Shown: piece by piece, positions 28,784-39,541 of the stretch
Layout of the letters: every line of letters starts with the position of its first letter
Numbering within the stretch: the first letter of the stretch is position 1
DNA from: a virus
Taxonomy: Duplodnaviria > Caudoviricetes
Reading direction: 5' to 3' (one strand)
IMG/VR virus record: IMGVR_UViG_3300009151_000071
Location: 782-64,781 of that record
DNA length: 64,000 nt
Notes under the pieces: model-generated
Seen by the model: the letters and a program-made list of their open reading frames with translations, nothing else
Database searches by the model: none
Told to the model about the DNA's origin: nothing
Translations under genes and position numbers: made by a program

Positions 28784-30364
28784 TTAACTACGATACCAAG
28801 TAGAATTGGATGAAACGTAGGTTAAACTAAGAGCTGTGTTGCCGCTACTCAAAGCATTGGATGGGACAAATCTAACTGCGGCACCGCCTGGCGCCCAAAC
28901 GTTTGAATTGGTTACACCCAATGTGGTAGCAATTTTAATAGTTTGGCGATCAGCCGGGTTCGTTGGTAAAATAATGTTGGCATACGTAATAACACCACCA
29001 CTTAAATTATCAAGAATCAAAGTTTGAATTGCTGTGTTGGCAGTAATAGTTGATGCGCCAGCCAATGCAACTTGGAAAACATAGGTACCTTGATCAACAC
29101 GACCACCGTTTGTAGTTAGGCCGCCATTGATTACAGTATTGCCGCCGATGCTAGCTGTTCCGCTAATAGTAGCAGTACCAGTAATGGATGTATTACCTGT
29201 GATACTAGTTGCGCCGCCAATTGTGGCAGTACCAACAGCAATTATATTACCAAACACTTTAACACTTTGATCGTTTTCAATTCCTAATGCCTGTGTAACA
29301 CCGTGCTGTGAAGGCTCGCCGTCCGGACTCGTAAAGAATGCAACGTTACCGCCTAATCCATAAGTTACGTTAGAGCCTGTAGCAAAGAAAGCAATACTAG
29401 ACATTTGTTGCCAAACGTTTGAACTTCCGGTGTAACCAGAATAACTGACAGCATTAATGTAACCAAGATAATCATTGCTTTTGACAGCAGATACAGTACC
29501 TAATGCTAAGTTTCCGCGAGCTGATGTAATAGTATAACCGGCAATTTTACCAGTATCAATATTTGCAGTTGTTGTGCCTGCGGTTGCTAAATTTCCAACT
29601 GAAACAGAATTATAAGAACCAAGTGAGCTAACAATATTTTGCCCTTGGTCGCCAGCAATTGCCGCATTTAATGCAGTAAGTCCGCCGTTGGTATTGTGTC
29701 CGTACCCAACAAACAACGTTGGACTGTTAGTTGCCGCTGGATTAAAATATAAATTTGAGTCGTGTAATGTAGAACGGTTTCTAGTACTATCAAAAACAAA
29801 GAAAGTGTTACCGCCGTCGATTGAACTAAATTCAAAAACATAATTGCCAGCTTGATCAAATGTGACAGTCTTGGTAACTGGATTAAATCCAGCAAGGCCG
29901 TCATACTTGTCAACGCTAGATGGCAATGTTACAGTATGGGTTGCGCTTTGTACGTTGATCCATACACGCATTATACCATAGCCAACTGCACCTGTACCGG
30001 TTGTGCTGGGCCAATTGCTAAATCCAATGCTTAAACTGCCCGACGTAGTGATCTTTTGAAAGTTGGCTACATTAAAGTCCAATGACACGCTAGTACTGAT
30101 ATTACCGTTGTCGTAGATTGTCTGCGTCCAGGCTGCCAATTGTGGGCGACGCAGTTGTGTGCCAGCCATGTCATTGTTAACCGACTGACCAGTTAATGCA
30201 CTAGTTACAAGAACCTTAGATTGTAAGTCATTAATTTCGTTTTGAGCAAACAAAAAGTTATTCTTGGCGTTTGTAAAATTATCGCGAAAACCTTGGCTAG
30301 AATTATCCTGCCCTGCTACTGGAAAGGTTCCGTCGATATTATATGGGTTAATGTTTGATGCCAT
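28784..30364 (-). CDS. Virion structural protein, tail-fibre-like
   Basis: Gly/Thr/Asn-rich with beta-helix-like repeats (ITGNTSITGTATISG); N-module shared with 30403..30696; TAAATA upstream. Confidence 0.65.
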   Translation of the reverse strand: MASNINPYNIDGTFPVAGQDNSSQGFRDNFTNAKNNFLFAQNEINDLQSKVLVTSALTGQSVNNDMAGTQLRRPQLAAWTQTIYDNGNISTSVSLDFNVANFQKITTSGSLSIGFSNWPSTTGTGAVGYGIMRVWINVQSATHTVTLPSSVDKYDGLAGFNPVTKTVTFDQAGNYVFEFSSIDGGNTFFVFDSTRNRSTLHDSNLYFNPAATNSPTLFVGYGHNTNGGLTALNAAIAGDQGQNIVSSLGSYNSVSVGNLATAGTTTANIDTGKIAGYTITSARGNLALGTVSAVKSNDYLGYINAVSYSGYTGSSNVWQQMSSIAFFATGSNVTYGLGGNVAFFTSPDGEPSQHGVTQALGIENDQSVKVFGNIIAVGTATIGGATSITGNTSITGTATISGTASIGGNTVINGGLTTNGGRVDQGTYVFQVALAGASTITANTAIQTLILDNLSGGVITYANIILPTNPADRQTIKIATTLGVTNSNVWAPGGAAVRFVPSNALSSGNTALSLTYVSSNSTWYRS

Positions 30365-30402
30365 TTAGCTGTATCCTGTTTATTAAGTATTTATCAACAT
30401 TA

Positions 30403-30696
30403 TTACCATGCAGATAAGTTAGCACGTACCCATGTATTAGTTGCTACGCAAACATACAAATACGATGAATTATATGCTATTGTACCCGGTATTCCGGCGG
30501 CACTATTACTGACTGGGATAGTAGTAGTAGTTATAGAAATAGCAGAATTGGCTTGAAGTGCGCTAATTTCAGACTGTGCTACTGAAAAGTTATTCTTGAT
30601 TCCACTAAAATTGTCTCGAAAACCTTGTGTGTCGTTATCCTGCCCTGCAATTGGGTAGGTAATGTTAATTGTGCTTGGGTTAATGTTTGATGCCAT
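30403..30696 (-). CDS. Small virion structural protein
   Basis: Same N-terminal module (MASNINP...AGQDN..QGFRDNF) plus C-terminal G-x-x-G-x-I-A-Y...YLYVC-A-NTW-R domain. Confidence 0.65.
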   Translation of the reverse strand: MASNINPSTINITYPIAGQDNDTQGFRDNFSGIKNNFSVAQSEISALQANSAISITTTTIPVSNSAAGIPGTIAYNSSYLYVCVATNTWVRANLSAW

Positions 30697-33600
30697 TATT
30701 TAAATACTCCGTATTGTGGGAACTTCAGATATTTATCCTCACTTCCTGGGGTGTAATATTGATCTCTATTAGAGAAGAATTTAGTAGTGCCAGCGTTAAA
30801 TGTAGTCGCTGATCTGATAGTACCATATGTAATCACGTATACTGAATAGAAAGGAACAGAATACCCTGAATTGGATATATAATTTTTGTTGTAATACAAA
30901 ATTGCGCCAGCAAGACTCTTGCCGCGTAATACTTGAATACGATCATTAGTTTGTACTTGTGTTACAAATGATAATGAAACCGTACCATTAATAATATTAA
31001 TTTTCCAAACACCGCCACGTTGGTTAACTGTGCTAGTGCCTTGTATAAATTCTAAATAGCCAGGGATAACAGAATACATATCGTATGGTGGGCTCTGCCC
31101 TGGTTCGCCGCCAAATCCTTCAAAGGTTCCTGTGGTGATGTCATCACCAATGTAGGCATCAGAATAGTTTACCCACCCATCATATGGTGCGCTAATTGAA
31201 AAATTTTCTTGTTTTGAAAAAATCAAAGTGTCACCATCTTGAAATCCTGTGACTCCATCAATACCGCCGTACACCGAATTGATATATGATACAGGTCGTC
31301 CATTGATCTCGCTAAATGGCACAGTAACAGCGTAGTCAACTTGACTTACAATGTTACCAACGTTATTTCTTGGTAATGCATCAAATGTTGTTTCTTTACC
31401 TTTGATGTATGCTCCGGTGAAAGAATCAAAGTTTGCAGTATAATAATCATCAACTTCGTAACGATCAACTGTAAAATCAATGCTACTAAAGTTTAGTCCT
31501 GCATTCTTGAGTCTATATGCAATTAATTTTGCCGCACCTGGAATAGTATATGCTACTACTACTGCTTTGGTATAACCGAGTGGTGGCAAGAAGGTTGATT
31601 TACTACTAGGATTGGGTTGATTGCTAGTCATCCACGGTGGCAAACTACTTTGGTCAGTGTAGCCAACGCCAGCTTCTAATTGTGCAATCATATTTTCGCT
31701 AGAATTAGGATGTACTATTTTATATTGATTACCGGTAGCATCAATATAAGGATTGTTAATTGTGTATGTTAAGTCTACTGTTTGAGCAGGACCTTTGCCC
31801 ATGGCATTTTCTCCAGGGTCTTTAATTTCAATATAAACTACTTCATACTTTGGTTTATAGAACTCATCAAGTACCGTAGCAGTTTTTACATCGCCAAAGT
31901 TGTATTTTTTAGTCCAGTGATTTTCAATAATGGCATTTTCATATTCATCAAGAGTTCCTGCACGTAGTCCACTTAGGAAAAGCATTTGCATTTTTTCCTG
32001 TACACCAAACCAAGGATCCTCGGCACGGTAAATAACATTTGGATCAAATATATCAGTATTAGAAATAATCGAATTGTATGTTCTACGTTGATCAAACGCC
32101 GGCATTGCTGCCAAGTAAAGATTTTCGTAAGGTATAGGATCAATAATGTTTAATACCAGTTTAAACTCTCTAGCAATACTAGCACTACCGTTGGCTGTTT
32201 GAGCTACAATAGTAAAGTTAAATGTTTTGTCAATGGTTGTTTTAGTACCATCGAGGGTAGTGCCGTAATTGTCAATGGTAAAGGTTTCAAAACTAACTCG
32301 CCCACTAATTTTCCCACTTGATAAAAAATTTAATCCTTGTGGTAAACTGGCTTGTACACCGGGCTTGTCGTATATAAAATAGGTTATGTCGGCGCCAATT
32401 GGACTAAATGCTTCTACATATAATTCGCTTACAGAACCATTATCAATTGCGCCAAGGTCACTTGAAGTAATCCAGCTAACAGTATTATTTACATCACCTA
32501 GTACCGGTAATGTAAAGTATATAGGATTTGAAGAATATTTAACATTGGCTTGAACTTTATTTGCAACTACACCAAAAGTATAATTGGCAATAGCACTGGC
32601 TTGTGGAGTAATGTTGCCATATAGCCAGCCAGTGCCGGCATCTAGACTAATTCCTGGTAAATTAATAGAATAACTTGCATCCGAATTAAAGCTATCAAAA
32701 GGTAAATTATCAAATCCTAGATCTACTCCAGTAACATAGGTGTCAAAGCATCCAGTAGTGTTAGAAATACTATAAGTTACAGGATCATTGTTAAAATCAA
32801 ATCCATCAAATTTATAAGAATAGTAACTTCCTTGACGACCAGCTGGCAAGGTTGTGATATGACCATTTTTAATAATTGGCAAGTAAATGTTTGTAGCGTC
32901 TGTTGTTAGATAGGTATTATTTATTGCATTAGTACTGTCGGCAGTATAGCCAACTCGACTTACAATGTTAATTATGTAATCTTGTGTGTCGTAATTGGCA
33001 CCATCATACGCTTGGATAGTAAAACTATAACTTACATTCTGACTTAATTCATTAAAGTCATATGGGCCAAGATCAAATTCTTGTTCTTGGTTTGCATTTA
33101 AAACTGTACCAGTTATGCTGGTGTTACTAGATAAAATCTGTGACGGTGTTACTGTGTATCGGTTACTACCCAACGAAGCTACAATATAAGTACCGGTAGC
33201 AACACCATTTCCGGTCAAGTACATTTGTTGCTGAATTGATCCGCTAAATGATCCTACTATTAAAGTAGTTCCGGAAATAGTACAATTAGCCATGGTTGCA
33301 GTAGCACCAATTTGAGCAGTATTAGTACCATCATAACCTGCCGGGCCAAACGCACCAATTAGTTCAAGCGGTTCAATGTATCCATATAATAAACCTGTAC
33401 TAGATAAACTAACACCAGCTGGCAATTGGCCTGTTTTAACCGACCATTGTATTTGTACAGCAGGGTTTAATTCAAATACTGTTAGTTGCTGATTATAATA
33501 TGTGCCATCAAAATATTGTCCAAGTAATGTAGTACTGGGCTCAATAATTGGACCGTAGACGTTAGTAATTGTAACACTAAACGAACGATCAATAATGTTA

Positions 33601-34211
33601 TTACCAGTACTAGCACGTACTGTAAATCTGTAAGTTTGATTTTGATCAACCACAACTGGGTTTAAAAATTCTGGAACACCTTGTAAATATCCAGTTGGCA
33701 ATAATTGCATACCTGTTGGCAATTCGCCCGAAACAAAACTGTATGTAACTGCGGCGCTGGTATTTGTTTGAGCCAATAATTGTAGACTATAAAATTCACC
33801 ATTAGGCACAGTTCCCAGTGATCCAGATTTAGTAACCCAAGAAAAATTATTGTTTACAATATTTGATAGAGAAATAGTAAATGCTTCATCAATTGGTGAA
33901 ATATTAGTATTGCTACTAGTAACTCGTACAATAAAATTATATGTTTCTTTGCTTAAAATACCGCTAGTAAGAGATGTACTAGTTGGTGTCCCGGATATAA
34001 CTGCAATGCACTGGGGAATAGCACTACCAGCTGGGCGAATATCAACATTTGATAATGTCATGCCAGTAGGTAATGCACCACCAATTACTGTATAAGTTAA
34101 CGTTGCACCATTGTGCGTATTATCATTTGCTATTAATTCTAAATCTGCAGGAATACCAACTAGTAAACTAGCAATGTTTCCTTTAGGTGTTACCCAACTT
34201 AGTTTTGACAT
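30696..34211 (-). CDS. Large structural protein with repeated Ig-like (He_PIG-type) domains, probably baseplate/tail
   Basis: Repeated G-x-LP-x-G-[ML]-x-L...G...G-x-P and Y-x-F-T-[IV]-x-A motifs; 1171 aa. Confidence 0.7.
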   Translation of the reverse strand: MSKLSWVTPKGNIASLLVGIPADLELIANDNTHNGATLTYTVIGGALPTGMTLSNVDIRPAGSAIPQCIAVISGTPTSTSLTSGILSKETYNFIVRVTSSNTNISPIDEAFTISLSNIVNNNFSWVTKSGSLGTVPNGEFYSLQLLAQTNTSAAVTYSFVSGELPTGMQLLPTGYLQGVPEFLNPVVVDQNQTYRFTVRASTGNNIIDRSFSVTITNVYGPIIEPSTTLLGQYFDGTYYNQQLTVFELNPAVQIQWSVKTGQLPAGVSLSSTGLLYGYIEPLELIGAFGPAGYDGTNTAQIGATATMANCTISGTTLIVGSFSGSIQQQMYLTGNGVATGTYIVASLGSNRYTVTPSQILSSNTSITGTVLNANQEQEFDLGPYDFNELSQNVSYSFTIQAYDGANYDTQDYIINIVSRVGYTADSTNAINNTYLTTDATNIYLPIIKNGHITTLPAGRQGSYYSYKFDGFDFNNDPVTYSISNTTGCFDTYVTGVDLGFDNLPFDSFNSDASYSINLPGISLDAGTGWLYGNITPQASAIANYTFGVVANKVQANVKYSSNPIYFTLPVLGDVNNTVSWITSSDLGAIDNGSVSELYVEAFSPIGADITYFIYDKPGVQASLPQGLNFLSSGKISGRVSFETFTIDNYGTTLDGTKTTIDKTFNFTIVAQTANGSASIAREFKLVLNIIDPIPYENLYLAAMPAFDQRRTYNSIISNTDIFDPNVIYRAEDPWFGVQEKMQMLFLSGLRAGTLDEYENAIIENHWTKKYNFGDVKTATVLDEFYKPKYEVVYIEIKDPGENAMGKGPAQTVDLTYTINNPYIDATGNQYKIVHPNSSENMIAQLEAGVGYTDQSSLPPWMTSNQPNPSSKSTFLPPLGYTKAVVVAYTIPGAAKLIAYRLKNAGLNFSSIDFTVDRYEVDDYYTANFDSFTGAYIKGKETTFDALPRNNVGNIVSQVDYAVTVPFSEINGRPVSYINSVYGGIDGVTGFQDGDTLIFSKQENFSISAPYDGWVNYSDAYIGDDITTGTFEGFGGEPGQSPPYDMYSVIPGYLEFIQGTSTVNQRGGVWKINIINGTVSLSFVTQVQTNDRIQVLRGKSLAGAILYYNKNYISNSGYSVPFYSVYVITYGTIRSATTFNAGTTKFFSNRDQYYTPGSEDKYLKFPQYGVFK

Positions 34212-34212
34212 A

Positions 34213-35826
34213 TTATAAGGTTAGTGCTGTTCTTAGGACTTTAATTGCCAACGCAGATGGCGTGTAATTTGGAGTAAATCGTAGTTGAATTGTGCCCGAC
34301 ACATACGATCCATTGAACACGCCGATCCCAACATTACCTTGATTGCTAACAACACCATAGGTATTAGTGTAAACTACTGTACTTGATGCATTACGATCAT
34401 GAGTCAGTGACAATTCTGCTGTCTGTACTTTATTTGGTGTTACTCCGGTGTCAACCAGCTGAATCAAATATTTGGCCGAACCGTATATAGTAGCACTAAA
34501 AGAGTCAACTGTCACTACGGCATTTGAATTAATACCAGAGAAAGTGTTAGTTAATGTTGTACTTGTTCCAACAGTTAATGCATTACCGATAGTTGTTGAT
34601 ACACCTACAGTCAAGTTGCTGTTTAAGTATGTATTATTGATTGCGGTTAAGTTGCCAGCTATCCATGCATTAGCACCAACAATTAATCCACTTGCTATGT
34701 TTGCAAAACTAGCAATACTTGTATTACTTGCAACAGTTAATGTTGGTCCTGCTAAGTTAACAATACCTGTTGTAGTCAGTCCAGTTGATGATAAACTTGT
34801 AAAACTACCAGAGATTGCATTTAATGTTGGCAATGTGCCTAGGCTAGTAATATATGGTTGGTCTGCTGTCCGCATCTGACCATAGAAACTTGGAGCTACC
34901 ATTCCGGTCTGGGTATATACGTTACCATACACACCAAGTCCTCCGTATGGAAGACTTACTGCGCCTGTATTTGCACTAGTAGAAATTGCACCGCTTAAGA
35001 ATACTGTATTACCAGCAATAACACCACCGGTGTACGGAGTACCATAATTGCCAATAATATTTGTTGTTATAATTTGGTAACCGCCTTCAGCAAAGCCGGT
35101 ACCGCCAATGTTTAAATTTCCACTGGCTGTTAAATTGCCAGTAATGCTAGTATCTCCTGCAACAATTAATGTATTGCCGCCAGGTGTAGTGTTACTTAAG
35201 AATGCGCTACCAAAGTGTACATTACCATAAGTTCCGCCATCAACAATGTTGTTACCGCCAAGTGCAGTTGGATCGTATCCGATAATTTTGTAAGCAAAAT
35301 CGTTGGTTGTGTATTGATGACCAAAAAATGCATAAGCTGTGGTGTTAGAACCGGTATTGTAGTCTGAACTGATGTTGCCCAAGATACCAGTATCTTGAAT
35401 GTCGCCGGGCGCCGCATTAGCATGTACTTTTAATAGACCAGCATCGCTTGACGATTGAATTTGTGTCGCCGCATTAGTGGATTGTGAATAAACTGTTCTG
35501 AAACGGTTTGTTGGGCTACCCAGGTCAAATTGTCCAGTTCCGGTTGGAACAAGGTGTGTGGCAATATTAATATTGGCTTGGCCACCTTGGGTGTTTCCAC
35601 CAAATAAAGTTATAATATTTGCGTTAGTTACGTTGGCCCACAATGACATCATTGTGTTATCTATATTGGCGCTTTGAAACTGTACGGGCGCGGCTAACCA
35701 TTGGGAAAGAAGTTGAATATTCTGATTAACTTCAATAAAAGCATCGCGGATATCGTCGCCCGAACCATCATTGGCAGACGTGCCCACATTAACGTTTGTA
35801 ATTGATCCTGTATTCCAAAGTGACAT
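34213..35826 (-). CDS. Baseplate/tail-fibre-like structural protein
   Basis: N-terminal NVGTSANDGSGDDIRDAF motif (T4 gp9/gp10-type); FDLGSPTNRF; C-terminal SAKYLIQ domain. Confidence 0.7.
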   Translation of the reverse strand: MSLWNTGSITNVNVGTSANDGSGDDIRDAFIEVNQNIQLLSQWLAAPVQFQSANIDNTMMSLWANVTNANIITLFGGNTQGGQANINIATHLVPTGTGQFDLGSPTNRFRTVYSQSTNAATQIQSSSDAGLLKVHANAAPGDIQDTGILGNISSDYNTGSNTTAYAFFGHQYTTNDFAYKIIGYDPTALGGNNIVDGGTYGNVHFGSAFLSNTTPGGNTLIVAGDTSITGNLTASGNLNIGGTGFAEGGYQIITTNIIGNYGTPYTGGVIAGNTVFLSGAISTSANTGAVSLPYGGLGVYGNVYTQTGMVAPSFYGQMRTADQPYITSLGTLPTLNAISGSFTSLSSTGLTTTGIVNLAGPTLTVASNTSIASFANIASGLIVGANAWIAGNLTAINNTYLNSNLTVGVSTTIGNALTVGTSTTLTNTFSGINSNAVVTVDSFSATIYGSAKYLIQLVDTGVTPNKVQTAELSLTHDRNASSTVVYTNTYGVVSNQGNVGIGVFNGSYVSGTIQLRFTPNYTPSALAIKVLRTALTL

Positions 35827-35903
35827 AATCCATAATCCTAAGTATACTCTTATTTATCGGATTTGGATAATAGCCGTTGCGGCTATTGAATTATGTATGT
35901 ATA

Positions 35904-36230
35904 TTATTCTGGGCTGAAACTAGATCCGCAACCACATGTTGTTTGTGCATTGGGATTTTTGATACTAAAAGTAGCACCGTACTGGTCTTCTTTATAGTCT
36001 ACTTCTGCACCTTGTAAGTAAGTGCCACTCATACTATCTACTAGAATATGTACACCGTTAACGTCAAGGTCAAAGTCATCTTCGTTGGCTACTTCATCTA
36101 AAGTAAAGCCATATTGCATACCACTACATCCTCCGCCTTGTACAAATACTCGTAGCTTGATGCCAGGATTATTTTCTTCTGCTAAAATGTCTCGGATTTT
36201 TGCTACTGCGTTGTCGGTAATTGTAATCAT
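35904..36230 (-). CDS. erpA: Iron-sulfur cluster insertion protein ErpA (HesB/IscA family)
   Basis: [15 protein letters not shown]; [14 protein letters not shown]. Confidence 0.92.
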   Translation of the reverse strand: MITITDNAVAKIRDILAEENNPGIKLRVFVQGGGCSGMQYGFTLDEVANEDDFDLDVNGVHILVDSMSGTYLQGAEVDYKEDQYGATFSIKNPNAQTTCGCGSSFSPE

Positions 36231-36769
36231 AGTCTTCTATTAATAGCGTCCCAATCAATGATACGCCATATGTTGTCCAGGTATTTGCCTTTGTTGGCAT
36301 GATAGTCTATATTGTATGCGTGTTCCCACATATCAACTAGTAATGCTATATCAGTACGTTTTGCATGATTGCGAATCGTTCTGATTTGTCCGGATTTGCT
36401 CAAGTAAATCCAACCGGACCCTTGGATTTTCATTGCTTCTTCTTTGAAGTTTTTCTTAAAGTCTACAAAGTTAGTATGGTGACGATTAATAATATCTAGT
36501 ATCTGTCCACGAGGGCGGCTTACACCAGGCGATTTAAATTGACCAAACCAGATTGAGTGCAAAAATGCACCTGCTTCATTAAATGATCTGTCACCTTCGC
36601 TCTTGTTGTAACGGTCAACATAACCTTTGTATAACTTGCCGTAGTGATAGTCAATTTCTGCAGAGCTCATAACCGGGCTCAATGCTGTACGACTATAAGG
36701 CAATTTAATTTGCTCTAAATGGCCTTTTTCTTTTGCTTCTACGAGATCTATTGTGTTGCGAATGTCCAT
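36227..36769 (-). CDS. Fe/Mn superoxide dismutase
   Basis: [34 protein letters not shown]; all four metal ligands present. Confidence 0.88.
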   Translation of the reverse strand: MDIRNTIDLVEAKEKGHLEQIKLPYSRTALSPVMSSAEIDYHYGKLYKGYVDRYNKSEGDRSFNEAGAFLHSIWFGQFKSPGVSRPRGQILDIINRHHTNFVDFKKNFKEEAMKIQGSGWIYLSKSGQIRTIRNHAKRTDIALLVDMWEHAYNIDYHANKGKYLDNIWRIIDWDAINRRL

Positions 36770-36776
36770 ATAGTAT

Positions 36777-36995
36777 TTATTTGCTACGGTATACTACACG
36801 GCCTCTAGTCAAATCATATGGGCTCATTTCTACGTCTACTCGATCGCCCATTAATACACGTATATTATTCTGGCGCAATCTGCCGCCAATAACAGCTATA
36901 ATTTTATGTTCATTTTCTAATGTAACTCTAAACATTGCATTAGGTAAAACTTCGTCCACAACTCCGGACAGTTTGATAATATCGTCCTTAGCCAT
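36777..36995 (-). CDS. infA: Translation initiation factor IF-1
   Basis: MAKDDII...LPNAMFRV...[21 protein letters not shown]. Confidence 0.95.
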   Translation of the reverse strand: MAKDDIIKLSGVVDEVLPNAMFRVTLENEHKIIAVIGGRLRQNNIRVLMGDRVDVEMSPYDLTRGRVVYRSK

Positions 36996-37031
36996 CCCAA
37001 CCTTCAGTATAGTTCAATTTGCGGTCCTTTC

Positions 37032-37472
37032 TTAACGTCGCATATTACTTATGGCTATTGCTTCTTCTTGTGCAAATACCGGAACAGCATTTGATTTGTG
37101 CATGGTTGCAATACCCAACACTTTGGTACCAGTGTACACTTTTTGCTCTGGCAAAGTTGCATTTCCGCCACCGGTATTTACACTTTTGATATGTGCTGTA
37201 GTATTACGCCCTTCGGGAATAGATAAACTATACCCAGTGGAACTCAAACTTCCAGCACCCATAGCACGTTTACGCTTTTTCTCTTCAAGTTCAATTCCTT
37301 GACGTTTAAGCAATTCTTTCCAACTTTCATCAAGTTGGCGAGCTTTTCGTGCATGTTCTGCTGAAGCAAATTTTACTTTGCCTTTCCGTTTACCGGTGGT
37401 GCTGAGCCACGGGCCTTCTAGGTGCATTGTCATTGTTGTATATGAAATGTGTTGGTGGGTTGTGGTTCCCAT
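37032..37472 (-). CDS. Hypothetical phage protein
   Basis: YTGTKVLGIATMHKSNAVPV C-terminal motif; probable start MTMHLEG. Confidence 0.6.
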   Translation of the reverse strand: MGTTTHQHISYTTMTMHLEGPWLSTTGKRKGKVKFASAEHARKARQLDESWKELLKRQGIELEEKKRKRAMGAGSLSSTGYSLSIPEGRNTTAHIKSVNTGGGNATLPEQKVYTGTKVLGIATMHKSNAVPVFAQEEAIAISNMRR

Positions 37473-37792
37473 CCGTGTTTGGCACAGATGAGGCTATTTG
37501 ATTCTTCTAGATAAAAGATATGATCCGGGAATCGAGATTTAATGTTGTTGATAATTTCTTCAGTAGTTTTACCTTGTGCCAGAAACTCTTTGTCATCTTG
37601 ATCATACCAATAATACATAGATTTATCTTCAACTACTTCGACACGGTGTACAATCTCATCTAGGCGATTGATTAATTGTGTATGTAAATTTTCGTTGTGA
37701 ATAGTCAGTGCTTGGTGCATACCTATAACAAATCGTACAACAACATAGGTGCAAAATAGCCACAGTAAAAACATTTCAATTGATTCAAACAT
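37430..37792 (-). CDS. Membrane-anchored hypothetical protein
   Basis: N-terminal TM helix; FLAQGKT. Confidence 0.6.
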   Translation of the reverse strand: MFESIEMFLLWLFCTYVVVRFVIGMHQALTIHNENLHTQLINRLDEIVHRVEVVEDKSMYYWYDQDDKEFLAQGKTTEEIINNIKSRFPDHIFYLEESNSLICAKHGWEPQPTNTFHIQQ

Positions 37793-37795
37793 TGA

Positions 37796-38473
37796 TTAAT
37801 CCCACAGATTTTGATAATATTTTCCAAACAGCGCAAAGCCGTTTTGGATTCGTTTTTCTACTTTTTGCATGCCTGCATAATCACATTTGTAAGTATGATT
37901 AGGTCCATCCACCCATTGATACATTGTAGCTTTACCATTTTCGTCCCACTCGCAGGCAACAGTCTTATGATCAAACTCGCCTGAGCGGAAAGCGTCTTGC
38001 CAGCTATCGTCTACTTTACATTCAAAGGCAAAGATCATTTCATCCATGACCCAATCCCAACGCTTGAAGTGATTATCGTCTGTGTCCCACTCGTTTTCCT
38101 TGGGACCTGCTTCTGTGCTACGCAAACCCAGACCTTTTGGAACATCCTTGTCGTCAACAAATGGAGAACCGTGTTTGGCTTCTTTGAGCTGTTTGAGCAT
38201 GGGCAGGATAATAGGGCTTAGGGTATGATCCATGCTCCAAGTATCATAGCGATCAATTTTGATGTAATTAATGCTTGGGTGTACAAAGTCTAAAAACTTG
38301 TTCCAAGCAGTACAAAACGGCGCCAGACGATTGACCCACTTGTCATATTTGTGCCCGGGTGTGTCCTCATGATTATAAAAGACATCGTCGTCCTTTTCCC
38401 AAAAGCAAACTGTCTTTAGGACGGTGTATGGGCTTAGCCAATGATCGCGATAGTTTGAAATATAGATTTTCAT
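37796..38473 (-). CDS. Hypothetical protein
   Basis: 225-aa Trp-rich ORF. Confidence 0.65.
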   Translation of the reverse strand: MKIYISNYRDHWLSPYTVLKTVCFWEKDDDVFYNHEDTPGHKYDKWVNRLAPFCTAWNKFLDFVHPSINYIKIDRYDTWSMDHTLSPIILPMLKQLKEAKHGSPFVDDKDVPKGLGLRSTEAGPKENEWDTDDNHFKRWDWVMDEMIFAFECKVDDSWQDAFRSGEFDHKTVACEWDENGKATMYQWVDGPNHTYKCDYAGMQKVEKRIQNGFALFGKYYQNLWD

Positions 38474-38476
38474 GGT

Positions 38477-38713
38477 TTATTTATTTGACATTTCTTTTAG
38501 TTTGTCTTTAGACTCGAGAATACTAGCCTGGATAGAAATCATATTATACAGGCAAAACAACATTACTACAATACCAATTGTACCTATTATTTGTGTTCCG
38601 GTTGGATTGATATAATTTAACAACAAACTTATACCAGCCGATATAGCAGATATGCCAACAACTACTATTAAAGTTTGAACCGTTGCTTTTACAATATATT
38701 TATTTACTTTCAT
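38477..38713 (-). CDS. Small two-TM membrane protein
   Basis: Two hydrophobic segments; AGGA RBS; early promoter upstream. Confidence 0.65.
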   Translation of the reverse strand: MKVNKYIVKATVQTLIVVVGISAISAGISLLLNYINPTGTQIIGTIGIVVMLFCLYNMISIQASILESKDKLKEMSNK

Positions 38714-38760
38714 TTTACTTCCTTTCCGAAGATTACAGTTAGAATTACTAATACAACTAC

Positions 38761-38789
38761 ATTATACATTTAATTGATTTATTGGTCAA
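38761..38789 (-). promoter_or_regulatory. Early sigma70 promoter (repeat family)
   Basis: TTGACC-17-TATAAT with AAATCAATTAAATG spacer. Confidence 0.7.
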
Positions 38790-39045
38790 CCCACTGTTCG
38801 CACTTAGTACGGGCTATAGGCTCCCATTCTTCGTAGAATAAATGTTGTTCTGCTTGGTTTCCTAGATCACCATCAGCATACATCATTTGACTAATTTCGG
38901 GGAAAAAGTTAAGGAATGCTTGACCAAAACGATAGTCCGGAGATTGTAATCGTTGCCATACTAGATGTTTAAGGAATTCTTCGTAGCGTTCCTTTGATAT
39001 TCGATATCGATAAGGGTTGTATATATACGGGTTCTTCATAGCCAT
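38779..39045 (-). CDS. Hypothetical protein
   Basis: 88 aa; RFGQAFLN motif. Confidence 0.6.
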   Translation of the reverse strand: MAMKNPYIYNPYRYRISKERYEEFLKHLVWQRLQSPDYRFGQAFLNFFPEISQMMYADGDLGNQAEQHLFYEEWEPIARTKCEQWVDQ

Positions 39046-39278
39046 CTTAACTTAAAATGGGTGGCATCTTCTGGGTTACGAAATCGAAAACTAAATCCTT
39101 CTGTACTTTGGTATCCGTGTACATGATATTCGCCACCTGGGGCAGTAATCAACCAGTCTAGTATATCTCTGATGGGGTAACGTGGATCGCCCATAACATC
39201 TTTCCATAATACTATAACCTCCGCCCAATCTTCGGGTGGCGGCCACATTTGACTTGCAGTAATGTGTATCACGCCCAC
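39036..39278 (-). CDS. Small protein, F-x-L-R-W C-terminal family
   Basis: Ends FRFRNPEDATHFKLRWL. Confidence 0.65.
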   Translation of the reverse strand: MGVIHITASQMWPPPEDWAEVIVLWKDVMGDPRYPIRDILDWLITAPGGEYHVHGYQSTEGFSFRFRNPEDATHFKLRWL

Positions 39279-39541
39279 CTCAAAGACATTAGTGTATAAA
39301 GTTTTTCGTGTACATCAAATGTGTCAAGTACACGATAGTTGTATGTTCCTGCTGTATGTTCGTACCACATTGTGGTTTCTTGTTCACGTATCCAAGGAGT
39401 AATCTTAGGTTCTACACTAACAACAAACCATTGTTCTCCATCAACTGTGCCAGTATCAACAACTTCAAATCGACGTTTTTGTATTGCTCTAGGTACATAA
39501 GTTGCTCGGTTAGTTATAGCACGTTTCTTTATCATGCCCAC
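39269..39541 (-). CDS. Small protein, L-R-W C-terminal family
   Basis: Ends YTLMSLRWA. Confidence 0.6.
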   Translation of the reverse strand: MGMIKKRAITNRATYVPRAIQKRRFEVVDTGTVDGEQWFVVSVEPKITPWIREQETTMWYEHTAGTYNYRVLDTFDVHEKLYTLMSLRWA

